62,388 bases of DNA from Macrostomum lignano. Taxonomy: Eukaryota. The notes under the pieces are model-generated. The model worked only from the letters and a program-made list of their open reading frames with translations. It had not been told where the DNA came from and ran no database searches. Position numbers and translations under genes: made by a program. Location of the stretch: assembly GCA_002269645.1 (NCBI GenBank), contig NIVC01003018.1, positions 1-62,388 of the forward strand. Direction: 5' to 3'. Positions 35,787-48,996 of the stretch are shown piece after piece (the first letter of the stretch is position 1; the number at the start of each line of letters is the position of its first letter).

Positions 35787-38344
35787 ATGAAGCTCAACCA
35801 GGAGCGGCTGGCTTTAGTTTCTCTATCGCTGCTGCTGGCCACCAGCAGTGCAGCGCAGGCAACCGCGCCAATCAGCATCAACGACGACACACCCGCCGGA
35901 TCGACCATAGTCGACCTTCGCTCCGTCCTGACCAACAATCAAATTGCGGATTCGGCAGACTTGAAAATCCTTAACCATCAAGATCCCATTGTCAACTGTC
36001 TGGCAATTAACGGCACTGTTCTGTACGCCACTCGCTTAGTGGACCGGGACAGCCTCTGTCGAGAGCCGCTGATCCAGCGATACGTCAAGCCGTGCTGTCT
36101 GGACTCGGAGCCGTGCGAGCTGTGGCTACAGCTGTCGCACAAGGCTGCTCAATCGAACGTGCTAATCCCAAGCTCAGGCTGAGACTGCTGGATTCGAACG
36201 ATAATGCCCCGACTTTCCGGCGGGCCAGCCTGCAGGTGGAAGTGCAGGAGGGCGAGCGGGGCAGGCGAATTTCCAGTCCGGACTTTCTGGCCGCCGACCC
36301 GGATCAGGGAGACAACAGCAGGCTGACCTACCGTCTGGAGTCAGACGATGACGAGTTTTCGTTCGCGCTGGAGAACAGCAACAGGAGGCCGGTGGTGCTG
36401 AAGACCAACAGAGCTCTGGACAGGGAGAAAACGGACAGGTGAGAGAGCGATATAGAAATAGAGTAGTCAAGCTAGGGTCACTCAATGAAGGGCCGGCCCT
36501 CAAAAGTGCGGTATCAAACAGTAGCTTAGCTCGAAAGACCCTGCTGCGAAGCAGCTCAACCTGAGACTCTGAGGACCAGTTGGGAAGTGAGCTGCAGCTC
36601 AACCTGAGACTCTGAGGACCAGTTGGGAAGTGAGCTGCAGCTCAACCTGAGACTCTGAGGACCAGTTGGGAAGTGAGCTGCAGCTCAACCTGAGACTCTG
36701 AGGACCAGTTGGGAAGTGAGCTGCAGCTCAACCTGAGACTCTGAGGACCAGTTGGGAAGTGAGCTGCAGCTCAACCTGAGACTCTGAGGACCAGTTGGGA
36801 AGTGAGCTGCAGCTCAACCTGAGACTCTGAGGACCAGTTGGGAAGTGAGCTGCAGCTCAACCTGAGACTCTGAGGACCAGTTGGGAAGTGAGCCGCAGCT
36901 CAACCTGAGACTCTGAGGACCAGTTGGGAAGTGAGCCGCAGCTCAACCTGAGACTCTGAGGACCAGTTGGGAAGTGAGCCGCAGCTCAACCTGAGACTCT
37001 GAGGACCAGTTGGGAAGTGAGCCGCAGCTCAACCTGAGACTCTGAGGACCAGTTGGGAAGTGAGCCGCAGCTCAACCTGAGACTCTGAGGACCAGTTGGG
37101 AAGTGAGCCGCAGCTCAACCTGATACTCTGAGGACCAGTTGGGAAGTGAGCTGCAGCTCAACCTGAGACTCTGAGGACCAGTTGGGAAGTGAGCTGCAGC
37201 TCAACCTGAGACTCTGAGGACCAGTTGGGAAGTGAGCCGCAGCTCAACCTGAGACTCTGAGGACCAGTTGGGAAGTGAGCCGCAGCTCAACCTGAGACTC
37301 TGAGGACCAGTTGGGAAGTGAGCCGCAGCTCAACCTGAGACTCTGAGGACCAGTTGGGAAGTGAGCCGCAGCTCAACCTGAGACTCTGAGGACCAGTTGG
37401 GAAGTGAGCCGCAGCTCAACCTGATACTCTGAGGACCAGTTGGGAAGTGAGCTGCAGCTCAACCTGAGACTCTGAGGACCAGTTGGGAAGTGAGCCGCAG
37501 CTCAACCTGAGACTCTGAGGACCAGTTGGGAAGTGAGCTGCAGCTCAACCTGAGACTCTGAGGACCAGTTGGGAAGTGAGCCGCAGCTCAACCTGAGACT
37601 CTGAGGACCAGTTGGGAAGTGAGCCGCAGCTCAACCTGAGACTCTGAGGACCAGTTGGGAAGTGAGCTGCAGCTCAACCTGAGACTCTGAGGACCAGTTG
37701 GGAAGTGAGCCGCAGCTCAACCTGATACTCTGAGGACCAGTTGGGAAGTGAGCCGCAGCTCAACCTGAGACTCTGAGGACCAGTTGGGAAGTGAGCTGCA
37801 GCTCAACCTGAGACTCTGAGGACCAGTTGGGAAGTGAGCCGCAGCTCAACCTGAGACGTCGGTTTGGAAAAAATGTCGCATCCCAACTGACCCACCGTCC
37901 AGTTACTCGCTCCGCCTCCTGGCAGTGGACAACGGCCGGCCGCAGCGCACGGGCACCCTGTCCATCACGGTACTCGTGTTGGACATCAACGACGAGACGC
38001 CGGTCTTTGAGAAGTCGCTTTATGTGGCCAGTGTGCCGGAAAATGCGCCCAAAAACACCCCGGTGGTGACTGTACGCGCCGTTGATGGGGACCAGGGAGC
38101 CAATGGCCGCGTGTCCTACCGGATCAGCCCGGGAGAGTATGCCAACCATTTTGATGTTTCCAATCAGCCGGACGGGTCCGGTTTGGTGAAGCTGAAGTAC
38201 CAGCTGGATGCCGACCAGCTGGTGCACCGGGGCGGCAAGATCGATCTGTATGTTGGCGCCATGGACCACGGTAGCCCGCAACGGAGCGCCGAGGAGGCCC
38301 GAATCGAGGTCACCGTCAGTAACGTCAACGACGAGAGGCCAGAG

Positions 38345-38386
<42 letters not shown>

Positions 38387-38435
38387 CAGTTAGTTAGTTA
38401 GTCAGTTAGTTAGTTAGCTAGTCAGTTAGTTAGTC

Positions 38436-38498
<63 letters not shown>

Positions 38499-38571
38499 CA
38501 GTTAGTGAGTTAATTAGTTAGTTAGTTAGATAGTCAGTTAGTTAGTTAGTCAGTTAGTTAGTTAGCTAGTC

Positions 38572-38606
<35 letters not shown>

Positions 38607-41600
38607 CAGTTAGTTAGTCAGTTAGTTAGTCAGTTAGTTAGTTAGCTAGTCAGTTAGTTAGTTAGTTAGTTAGCTTTGTGCTCCGCTCCGAGCGACCGCT
38701 CAACCGGGAGCTGCGGTCGACCGTCCAGCTGATCATCGTCTGCCTGGATGGCGGCGGCCTCAACGGTACGGCCGTGGTTCGATTCCGCGTCTCCGACCGG
38801 AACGACAATCCGCCGCGCTTCCAGAAGCCGGTGTTCCAGTTCCACCTGCCCGAGAACACGCCGCCGCCAGAGAACTATCGGATCGGCATAATCAAAGCTA
38901 ACGACAAGGACGAGGGCGAGAACGCGCGCATCGCCTACTCGCTGGAGCCGTCGGCTGATGCGGACGCCTTTCATCTGGACGCTCAGACTGGCCAGCTGTT
39001 CGCCCGGCGGCCATGGGACCGCGAGGAGCTGCTGCGCAGGTCGGCGTCGGGATCGGCCGGCCAACGAAGGCTGGCTCAGGTGAGCCGCGGCAAACGGAGA
39101 AACTAGGGGAAAGAGGGTTCGGTTTTTCAGGTTCGGCTTCGGCTTAGGGGTCCGTGGTTGGCGCTTAGGACTCGGCTTAGCGTTCTCCTTGATTTTATCC
39201 CGGTCGGCAATTCTCATTTTTCTAGTGAGGCAACTTCAAAGTCGCGAACTTAAAACACCGATTTCAAGGTGACCCTGACCGTGACGGCCACGGACTCGAA
39301 CCCGGACCACCGGGACTCAGCCACCGTGCTCGTCACAATCGACAATTTGAACGACAATCGACCGCAGTTTGAGCAGACGGACTACAGCTTCCGGGTGATG
39401 GAGAATGCGCTGATTGGTCGCGAGGTTGGCGCCGTGCGAGCATTCGACGCCGACGACGAGGGCAGTTTGTCGCCCGGACCCATCGATTACGTAATCATCT
39501 CGGCCGGCGACGAGCCGCTGGAGCCGCAGCGGAGCTTCCAGCTCAACCGCAGGACGGGCCAGCTCAGCCTAGCTCGCAAACTCGACCGCGAGACGCGGCC
39601 AAGCTACGTCTTCCGCGTGGCTGCCATCGACAGCGGCGTCTCGGGCGACTCCGGCCGAGGCCGGCTGACCGGCACGGCGACCATCACCGTTGAAGTGGAG
39701 GACGAAAACGACTGCGACCCGCAGATAATAGAGGTGGGCGCCGCTAGGCGCAGCTTGACGCTGTGAACACTTGGGGATAGAGGTGCACAGATTAATGTAT
39801 ACAGTGACTAAACATGTACACTGATGACGGATGTACACTGATTAAGGATGTACACTGATGACGGATGCACACTGATGACGGATGTATACTGATGACGAAT
39901 GTATACTGATGACGGATGTACACTGATAAAGGATGTACACTGATAAAGGATGTACACTGATGACGGATGCACACTGATGACGGATGTACACTGATAAAGG
40001 ATGTACACTGATAAAGGATGTACGCTGATAAAAGATGTAACACTGATGAGGGATGTAAACAGATGAAGAATTTACACTAATGAATTTGCTCTTAACGAAT
40101 CATGTGCGATACTAAGGGCACACAAGCTGACTGCATCCGAAAGCATCAGCCATCTGCACAGTCATTCTCCCACTGCCCCACAGCCGCGAGCAGACCAAGT
40201 CTTCAAAGTGCCGTCATCGACGAAGCCCGGCCGGACTCTGCTGCAGATCCAGGCGGTGGACAACGACGTCGGGCAGAACGCCCAGATTGTCTACAGCTTG
40301 ACTTCCCTGGCCGCCAATGCCATCGGCGTTGACCGCGGCAGCGGCACGGTGATCGTCACGGGGCCGCTCGGACCGCCCGGCGCCAGCTTCGAGGCCACCC
40401 TGGAGGCCAGGGACTGCGGCAGCCCGGCCCGGTTCAGCCGAGTCCGAGTTTTCTTTCGCGTATCGGCGCCAGACGGAGACGACGACAACGTCGACGCCGC
40501 AGCTGCTGGGGAGAATGGCGCCGATCGGGGGAGAATCGGCGGCGGCGGCGGCCTCATCTCCGGCCGGAGCGCATCGACGCGAGCAGTTCTACTGCTGGGC
40601 CTGCTGTTCCTCCTGCTGCTGCTGCTGGCCGCGGCGGCCGCGGTGGCGCTGGTGCTGCTCAGGCCCTGCCGTCGGCGACCAGCAGGTGGCGGCGTCGACG
40701 GAGCCAACGACGTAGCTGGCCGTCAGCGTCGGCGGCACCGGAGGATGCTGGGATCCGAGGCCACCGCGGCAGCGGCGATCACGGAAGCTGCCTCTTCCGG
40801 GAAATGCGGCGGCTTCGAGACGGTGAAGTTCGCGCCGGAGCGAGGTGAGCACACCAGAGCTCAAGGGGGGGGGGAGTTGCCGAGATGCCAAGGCTCAAGG
40901 AAGAGATCCTGAGATGCCAAGGCTCAAGGAAGAGATTCTGAGATGCCAAGGCTCAAGGAAGAGATCCTGAGATGCCAAGGCTCAAGGAAGAGATCCTGAG
41001 ATGCCAAGGCTCAAGGAAGAGATCCTGAGATGCCAAGGCTCAAGGAAGAGATCCTGAGATGCCAAGGCTCAAGGAAGAGATCCTGAGATGCCAAGGCTCA
41101 AGGAAGAGATCCTGAGATGCCATGGCTCAATGGGTTGCTGAGAAGCCATGGCTCAATGGCGAATTGCTGAGAAGCCATGGCTCAATGGGGAGTTGCTGAG
41201 ATGCCATGGCTCAATGGGGAGTTGCTGAGAAGCCATGGCTCCAGTGGGAGTTGCTGAGATGCCATGGCTCAATGGGGAGTTGCTGAGATGCCATGGCTCA
41301 ATGGGGAGTTGCTGAGATGCCATGGCTCAATGGGGAGTTGCTGAGATGCCATGGCTCAATGGGGAGTTGCTGAGATGCCATGGCTCAATGGGGAGTTGCT
41401 GAGATGCCATGGCTCAATGGGGAGGTGCTGAGATGCCATGGCTCCAGTGGGAGTTGCTGAAAAGCCATGGCTCCAGTGGGAGTTGCTGAGATGCCATGGC
41501 TCAATGGGGAGTTGCTGAGATGCCATGGCTCAATGGGGAGTTGCTGAGATGCCATGGCTCAATGGGGAGGTGCTGAGATGCCATGGCTCAATGGGGAGTT

Positions 41601-44464
41601 GCTGAGATGCCATGGCTCAATGGGGAGTTGCTGAGATGCCATGGCTCAATGGGGAGTTGCTGAGATGCCATGGCTCAATGGGGAGTTGCTGAGAAGCCAT
41701 GGCTCCAGTGGGAGTTGCTGAGATGCCATGGCTCAATGGGGAGTTGCTGAGATGCCATGGCTCAATGGGGAGTTGCTGAGATGCCATGGCTCAATGGGGA
41801 GTTGCTGAGATGCCATGGCTCAATGGGGAGGTGCTGAGATGCCATGGCTCAATGGGGAGTTGCTGAGATGCCATGGCTCAATGGGGAGTTGCTGAGATGC
41901 CATGGCTCAATGGGGAGTTGCTGAGATGCCATGGCTCAATCCAACACGTGTGGCCCAGCAAAAATTCTCAGAGCAAGAACAGAGAAGCAACCAGCTGAAC
42001 TGATGAAGTGAAGTGTTGAAGCGAGCACACAAAAAGAGAGTAATTTCTTATTTTCTGAAGGCAACGGTCGAATGGCAAGCACAAGATGAGCAAGCAATCA
42101 ATCCAAACTCAATCATGCTTGGGCAGCACCTTGTCAGTCAATCAGCCCAGCCAATGCACCGTACCGCGCAATGCTTTTCTCAATATATCGATTTTCATCT
42201 AGCAGAGCTATATTTATTGGCCTTTATATTCCAGATCAGATCGGCATGTTTGACGAGTTCGGTCAGGCGGAGGTGAGTGGGGCGCTGAGCACTCAGTTTT
42301 AAGGCTGAATCAAGAAATTCTCGCATACTCCAAGCTGCGATAAGACACAAACTTTAGTCTCATTACGCTCGTTTATATCTGCTGGCAGCAAATAAGCTTA
42401 TGGGCGCATTGAGAATGCTAAATAATGCTAATTCATCCACTTGGACTCGGACGTACACACGCGGTCTTTATGCGCTTATTCCACTCAGACACACACAGTA
42501 ATTATGCGCTTATTCCACTCAGACACACACAGTCATTATGCGCTTATTCCACTCAGACACACACAGTCATTATGCGCTTATTCCACTCAGACACACACAG
42601 TCATTATGCGCTTATTCCACTCAGACACACAGTCATTATGCGCTTATTCCACTCAGACACATACAGTAAGTATGCGCTTATTCCACTCAGACACATACAG
42701 TCATTGTGCGCTTATTCCACTCAGACACACAGTCATTATGCGCTTATATCACTCAGACACACGGTCATTATGCGCTTATTCCACTCAGACACACAGTCAT
42801 TATGCGCTTATATCACTCAGACACACGGTCATTATGCGCTTATTCCACTCAGACACACACAGTCATTATGCGCTTATTCCACTCAGACACACAGTCATTA
42901 TGCGCTTATTCCACTCAGACACACAATCGTTTCGCGCTTATTCCCATTCGGAAATATAGTATACTTTGTGAGTATGACTCTACGAGTAAAACGCACTTTC
43001 CCCACCATCGCACTTCAGCAGCACTACAACCTGATCCAGGCCACACTGCGACAGCCGCCGGGCGCTAACGATGGAGACGAGAGTGAGTTGCTATCGCGTT
43101 CAGAACAAGACTGGCTGTTGCAACTGAACTCCTTGTTCGCTAATTGCTATCGATTTCCAATCCGTGCCAACAATTTGGCCCTTCTAATCCGCCTGTCTCT
43201 TCTCTTCCCATCCCCATCTGATCCCATCTTCGATCTCCATAGGGAGAGGGGGTAGGTTAATTACCCTGTGCTGCAATTTGAGAGCAGAGAGAGGATTGGA
43301 GCAAGCAGTACTCGAAAGCGGGATATTTTTATTGAGAATTATGAATTAGGAAATAGCACCTATGGTTTCTTTCAGTTTGTTCTGAACTTATTGAAACATT
43401 TTGGCTTCGGGTTCACGGATTGAAGAAGGCAGTCCTGTCAGTGCACTTTCTCGTGCAACATGCCAGTTTAGCCGATTGGGGTCATCTCATCTGCAGATCC
43501 CCGACTCGGTGCAGGGTGTGGCCGAATTAGTTATCGGGGTGAACATCTTACATGTAACTTAGTAATTGCTTGTCCAGACTATTAGGGTCTGAGAGAGATA
43601 GCAAGATGTTTGGACGAAGAGGGAGGGCAATGAGAATTGTGGAACTGTGTATGGCGAGACAGAGAGATGCGAGCTACGCTTCTGAAGGTGACATGAAGAG
43701 ATAGAGAGGGGATAAAAGAGAAGAAAATAGAGAAGAAGCATGGGAGTGCGACGGAGGGGAGATGAGAGAAAGAAGAGGCAGGAGAGAAGAGGGAGGAGAG
43801 GAGAGGGGTGAGACAGGAGAGAGTAGAGAGGACAGGACAGACAGGACAGGACAGGACAGGACAGGACAGGGCAGGACAGGACAGGACAGACAGGACAGGA
43901 CAGGACAGGACAGAACAGGACAGGACAGAACAGGACAGACAGGACAGGGCAGGACAGGACAGGACAGACAGGACAGGACAGGACAGAACAGGACAGAAAG
44001 GACAGAAAGGAGAGAGGCGGCAGCAAAGTTGGGAAACCGGATGCCCCTGACCCTCCACTTACCCCCAGGTAGAGTGTGGCTTCCGCTTACCCCCCTCAGT
44101 CCACCAGATGGCTCTGATCGGCAGCGCAGCGGAGCCCTATCAGAGTCTGCGCCAGCCGCCGGGCCGCCTGCAGCACGCGCACACCTACTACCAGATCGCT
44201 TCAAACTCGAACTCCTCGGCCGCTGCCGCTGCTGCCACCGCCACGCTCGACCTGCAGTCGAGGCCAGGGCGCAGAGGCGAAGCGGACGGCGTCAGCTCAG
44301 CCGCAACTGGCGGAGACGGTGGCTCCGTCGTCCAGCAGCAGCAGCAGCATCCGCCGTTTTCCAGCGTCGACGGTGGCCGCTGGGAGATGGCGGGGGGCTC
44401 GGCAACGACCTCCAGGCGGAAGTTCGCCCAGTTCAACCCGTACGCGGATGCCAGCTTTGTTTGA
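35787..44464 (+). CDS. Protocadherin-like protein: signal peptide, 7 cadherin repeats, TM helix, cytoplasmic tail ending -ASFV; 1-nt frameshift and partial EC4 loss in this sequence
   Basis: Exons 35787-36438, 37903-38344, ~38666/38674-39079, 39269-39733, 40184-40844, 42235-42272, 43019-43082 and 44100-44464. DXNDNXP, DRE and AXDXD motifs in each repeat; Cys-containing EC1 (DRDSLC...CC...C); TM AVLLLGLLFLLLLLLAAAAAVALVLL. Confidence 0.9.
36551..37857. repeat. 43-bp minisatellite filling protocadherin intron 1
   Basis: GCAGCTCAACCTGAGACTCTGAGGACCAGTTGGGAAGTGAGC(T/C), about 30 near-identical copies. Confidence 0.98.
38345..38673. repeat. (GTTA)n microsatellite forming the whole apparent intron 2 of the protocadherin
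   Basis: Starts exactly at the donor GTTAGT and ends at the acceptor TTAG. Confidence 0.97.
39795..40080. repeat. 17-bp minisatellite GGATGTACACTGAT(GAC/AAA) in intron 4
   Basis: About 15 copies. Confidence 0.93.
40875..41940. repeat. 29-bp bipartite minisatellite in intron 5
   Basis: GAGATGCCAAGGCTCAAGGAAGAGATCCT (about 8 copies), then GAGATGCCATGGCTCAATGGGGAGTTGCT (about 28 copies). Confidence 0.97.
42465..42930. repeat. 31/33-bp minisatellite TATGCGCTTATTCCACTCAGACAC(AC)ACAGTCAT in intron 6
   Basis: About 14 copies. Confidence 0.95.
43740..44010. repeat. Purine-rich tract and (GGACA)n in intron 7
   Basis: Directly visible. Confidence 0.93.
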
Positions 44465-45189
44465 ATGCACTGACAGCCAAGGACCGCTAATGAGGGGGGG
44501 TTTCATTTCTCTGGCGGTCCAGTTGAGCAACCTGAAGTTTTTTCAGTTGCAGCCATACTGCAGTTTTCAGTCTACACGTAACTAAGAAACCATTTTTGGG
44601 GTCATGTTAAAGTTAGCGCAACTTCGGTTTTGGAATCAGTAAAAACTCCCGGAATTCTGACGAGCTGATGAGCTACTGTTGACCGGTGTGCGATTCACCC
44701 GATTCATGCGTACTTGTCTGAAGTTGTGACAACTCTAGTAAATCTGATGCGGGCGAGTTGTGAACCTGGTTCTGCTGGCTCAAAAGACCAATTTTTCTAC
44801 TGTTTACCAAATTTGGTTCTGCTCTCAAACAATAAACGTAATAGTGTAATATTTTTTACCTGCTCGGAGGAAATAAGCCTCATTTTGTAAATACACTTTG
44901 GCCTGCTGATCTGCTGTTTGCGATTGGAATTATTCGTATTATACTCTATATTGTAGCCGTGTACAAAGTAACTGATGAATTGTCTTGGCCTTTGATAACT
45001 TCAGGACATCCGACTCTCAAACCAGAGGAAGATGTCGGTGTAACTAAAAGTTCACCAAATAAAAAGCAATTCGCTGCATTGAAACCGCGAGTTGGAATTC
45101 GAATAAGGGGGAGAATTAGAGAGTAACAGTTGGAGTGACAGAGGAGTGACCGATAAAGAGAGGAGTGATAGATACTTCAACTAGCTTAC

Positions 45190-46735
45190 AGTAGACAGAC
45201 TCCAGAGTGACAGAGACGCAGATGAACTCCAAAGTGACAGATAGACAGCCAGACAAACTTCATAGCGACAGTAGAAAGGTGACAGACACGTGGACAGGCT
45301 CCAGAATGAAAGTAGAAAGGTGACAGACACGTGGACAGGCTCCAGAATGAAAGTAGAAGGGTGACAGACACGCGGATAGGCTCCGGAGGGACAGTAGAAA
45401 GGTGACAGATACGCGGATAGGCTCCGGAGTGACAGTAGAAAGGTGACAGACACGCGGATAGGCTCCAGAGTGATATAAGAAAGGTGACAGATACGCGGAT
45501 AGGCTCCGGAGTGACAGTAGAAAGGTGACAGACACGCGGATAGGCTCCAGAGTGATATAAGAAAGGTGACAGACACGCGGATAGGCTCCGGAGTGACAGT
45601 AGAAAGGTGACAGACACGTGGACAGGCTCCAGAGTGACAGTAGAAAGGTGACAGACACGCGGATAGGCTCCGGAGTGACAGTAGAAAGGTGACAGATACG
45701 CGGATAGGCTCCGGAGTGACAGTAGAAAGGTGACAGATACGCGGATAGGCTCCGGAGTGACAGTAGAAAGGTGACAGACACGCGGATAGGCTCCAGAGTG
45801 ATATAAGAAAGGTGACAGACAGCCAGACAAACTTCATAGCGACAGTAGAAAGGTGACAGACACGTGGACAGGCTCCAGAATGAAAGTAGAAAGGTGACAG
45901 ACACGTGGACAGGCTCCAGAATGAAAGTAGAAGGGTGACAGACACGCGGATAGGCTCCGGAGGGACAGTAGAAAGGTGACAGATACGCGGATAGGCTCCG
46001 GAGTGACAGTAGAAAGGTGACAGACACGCGGATAGGCTCCAGAGTGATATAAGAAAGGTGACAGACACGCGGATAGGCTCCAGAGTGATATAAGAAAGGT
46101 GACAGACACGCGGATAGGCTCCAGAGTGATATAAGAAAGGTGACAGACACGCGGATAGGCTCCGGAGTGACAGTAGAAAGGTGACAGACACGTGGACAGG
46201 CTCCAGAGTGACAGTAGAAAGGTGACAGACACGCGGATAGGCTCCGGAGTGACAGTAGAAAGGTGACAGATACGCGGATAGGCTCCGGAGTGACAGTAGA
46301 AAGGTGACAGATACGCGGATAGGCTCCGGAGTGACAGTAGAAAGGTGACAGACACGCGGATAGGCTCCAGAGTGATATAAGAAAGGTGACAGACACGCGG
46401 ATAGGCTCCGGAGTGACAGTAGAAAGGTGACAGACACGTGGACAGGCTCCAGAGTGACAGTAGAAAGGTGACAGACACGCGGATAGGCTCCGGAGTGACA
46501 GTAGAAAGGTGACAGACACGCGGATAGGCTCCAGAGTGATATAAGAAAGGTGACAGACACGCGGATAGGCTCCGGAGTGACAGTAGAAAGGTGACAGACA
46601 CGTGGACAGGCTCCAGAGTGACAGTAGAAAGGTGACAGACACGTGGACAGGCTCCAGAGTGACAGTACAAAGGTGACAGACACGTGGACAGGCTCCAGAG
46701 TGACAGTACAAAGGTGACAGACACGTGGACAGGCG
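45190..46735. repeat. 41-bp minisatellite with higher-order block structure
   Basis: GACAGACACGCGGATAGGCTCCGGAGTGACAGTAGAAAGGT, about 36 copies. The variant unit ...CCAGACAAACTTCATAGC... recurs at about 45245 and 45820. Confidence 0.97.
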
Positions 46736-47544
46736 GATAGACAGTTTTAAGAAGCATCGCGCAATCCAGAGTGCCAATCAAACTGAAGTCTTCACTCTCC
46801 ACTCGATGGAAATATTAATAACTAATTTTCTACGTTGTACATTGGCATGTTAAAAACAAAACGCATATACAATGATCATCTCCTACACCCAGGTGTTCGG
46901 TTGCAATTAGCCTGGCTTGGCTTCCTTGCCTACTTCTATAGGCAATGAGAATAAGAAGATTCACAATACTGGTTGAATAATAATGCACTACGGGTTTCCA
47001 TGCTGCCCCCCCCCCACACACACGCCTAAATCTGATTGGGGATTCATCAATACACAAAACCACTGAGTTGTCGCAAAGAGCAGAGCGTTCGCAGCATTTA
47101 CATCTATAGATAAGTTTAATTCTGGAAATTTTGCCTAAACTGACGCGGCTGCAGCTTCCAAGGCCTGGGAGAGCGATTTGGCATTGCCTCATCAATATGC
47201 TGCATTTGTCGCCTCAGAGCTCTCAGTCCTACATATTTCTTGTATAGCTATTTCCATTTTATCTATCTGTATAACTGACCCAAATCTCTAGTGAGCATGA
47301 TCGCGAGCAAGGAACACATTGCCACACAGACTTCTGTATAGCAAGTGAAATAATGCGTTCATTCAGTTTTGAGACAGACATTCAGTATTCGAGCGTTGTA
47401 GAGATGTAATTAAACAAAATATATACACAAAGGATTGCTGTTACACAATAATAAACGTATTTAAGTTAAAAACATAATAAAGCATAATAATTTTTTATAA
47501 TAATAGTTATTTCTAGTAATAAAAATTGGGTGTTTGTGACACCA

Positions 47545-48445
47545 GCGCTGATTGGCTAGTCCAAAAAACAGCTGATTGTGCTAGGCCAGCGCTGATTGGT
47601 TAATCCAAAAAACTGCTGATTATGGTAGTTCATCGCTGATTGGCTGATCCAAAAAAACAGCTGATTGTGCTAGGCCATCGCTGATTGGTTAATCCAAAAA
47701 CAGCTGATTGTGCTAGGCCAGCGCTGATTGGCTAATAATTCAAAAACAGCTGATTGCGGTAGGTCATCGCTGCTTGACTTATCGGAGGCATAAGGGAGAT
47801 TCCATCCTTTTTATTAGTAAAAAAGAGGATACAAAGATTTGATGCTCCAATTTGCTAATAAAAAGAGCTGCTGGCTGCTGCTTTACAGATCTACACAGTC
47901 AATTAATAAAGATAATTTATTGTTCATTTATAAGACTACTACCAGTAGCAATACAAGATATTAACGATACGAGCTGGTACAAAACGATCGAAAACTTGTA
48001 GAAATAGATACTGCAAAAAGCATGATGCATTTTTTTCATATTTTTGAATGAACGTAGAGATCTCTAAGAATCTTCGAGAGCTATTGGCGATAAGAATTAA
48101 AGTAAAAAAAGATAAAAAAAGCTGTCAAATATCCTTTCGTACTGCGTGCGGCCTTGAATTGTCTAAGCTGAGGTCCAACTGAAGGCAAGTCCACCAAGAA
48201 AATCCGTCCTGAACTTCCACTTTGTCTACACCAAGCTGATAGTCATTACGCTGCTGGATTTGAGCAGGCTCGGGCGATCGATGACGCTTCTGGCCTCGGT
48301 TGCTGATTGGCTGTCGCATATCGGTCGATTGGACTAGGCCAATGCTGATTGGCTGGCGCATATCGGTCGATTGGACTAGGCCAACGCTGATTGGCTGGCG
48401 CATATCGGTCGATTGGACTAGGCCAACGCTGATTGGCTGGCGCAT
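47545..48445. repeat. Two short CCAAT-rich tandem arrays (about 43-bp units at 47545-47770; 42-bp units at 48300-48445)
   Basis: Repeated GCTGATTGG(C/T)T motifs. Confidence 0.85.
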
Positions 48446-48996
48446 ATCACGCGGTTCTTTTAGGCCAGAGCTCATTGGCATGAAGGTTTATTGCATTCGC
48501 AAAAGGCAATTATACTGAAATATTTCTGGTAGTCTATTTCATTTTTACTTTAATAAAAACCTCTAACCATTTGATAAAGTCAATCATAATGATAAAGTCT
48601 CAATAATTTCTGCCAAATAATGTTTTCAAGATGTATTCAATGCGTTCACGCGTCATCAATGTAGTATATTTTCTAGCTGGTCAAACAATATAAAGTTAAA
48701 CCTCACTGAAAAACTGCTGCATCCCACTAGCAGCATAAAATCAAAGATTATAGCAAAGCAGCAATGGAAAATTTGTCATAGATCAAAGTGTAAGAAGTCA
48801 CAATTGTAAAAACTTGGAATTACGAGTATAATCGTATACAGTGATGGGAGAGATAAATATAGTTTTTCATCGTGTATAAAATCATTGTAAAAATTGCACC
48901 ACTTCGTTAAAAAGCAATCGAACTTACATTACACATTGTTGTCAAATTGGTAAGTTTGACTGACTGAAAGTGGGCACTAAGGCTCCGCCAAGAGGG

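Noticed and set aside
36551-37857. CRISPR-like array
   Set aside because: Units are contiguous with no unique spacers, in a eukaryotic intron.
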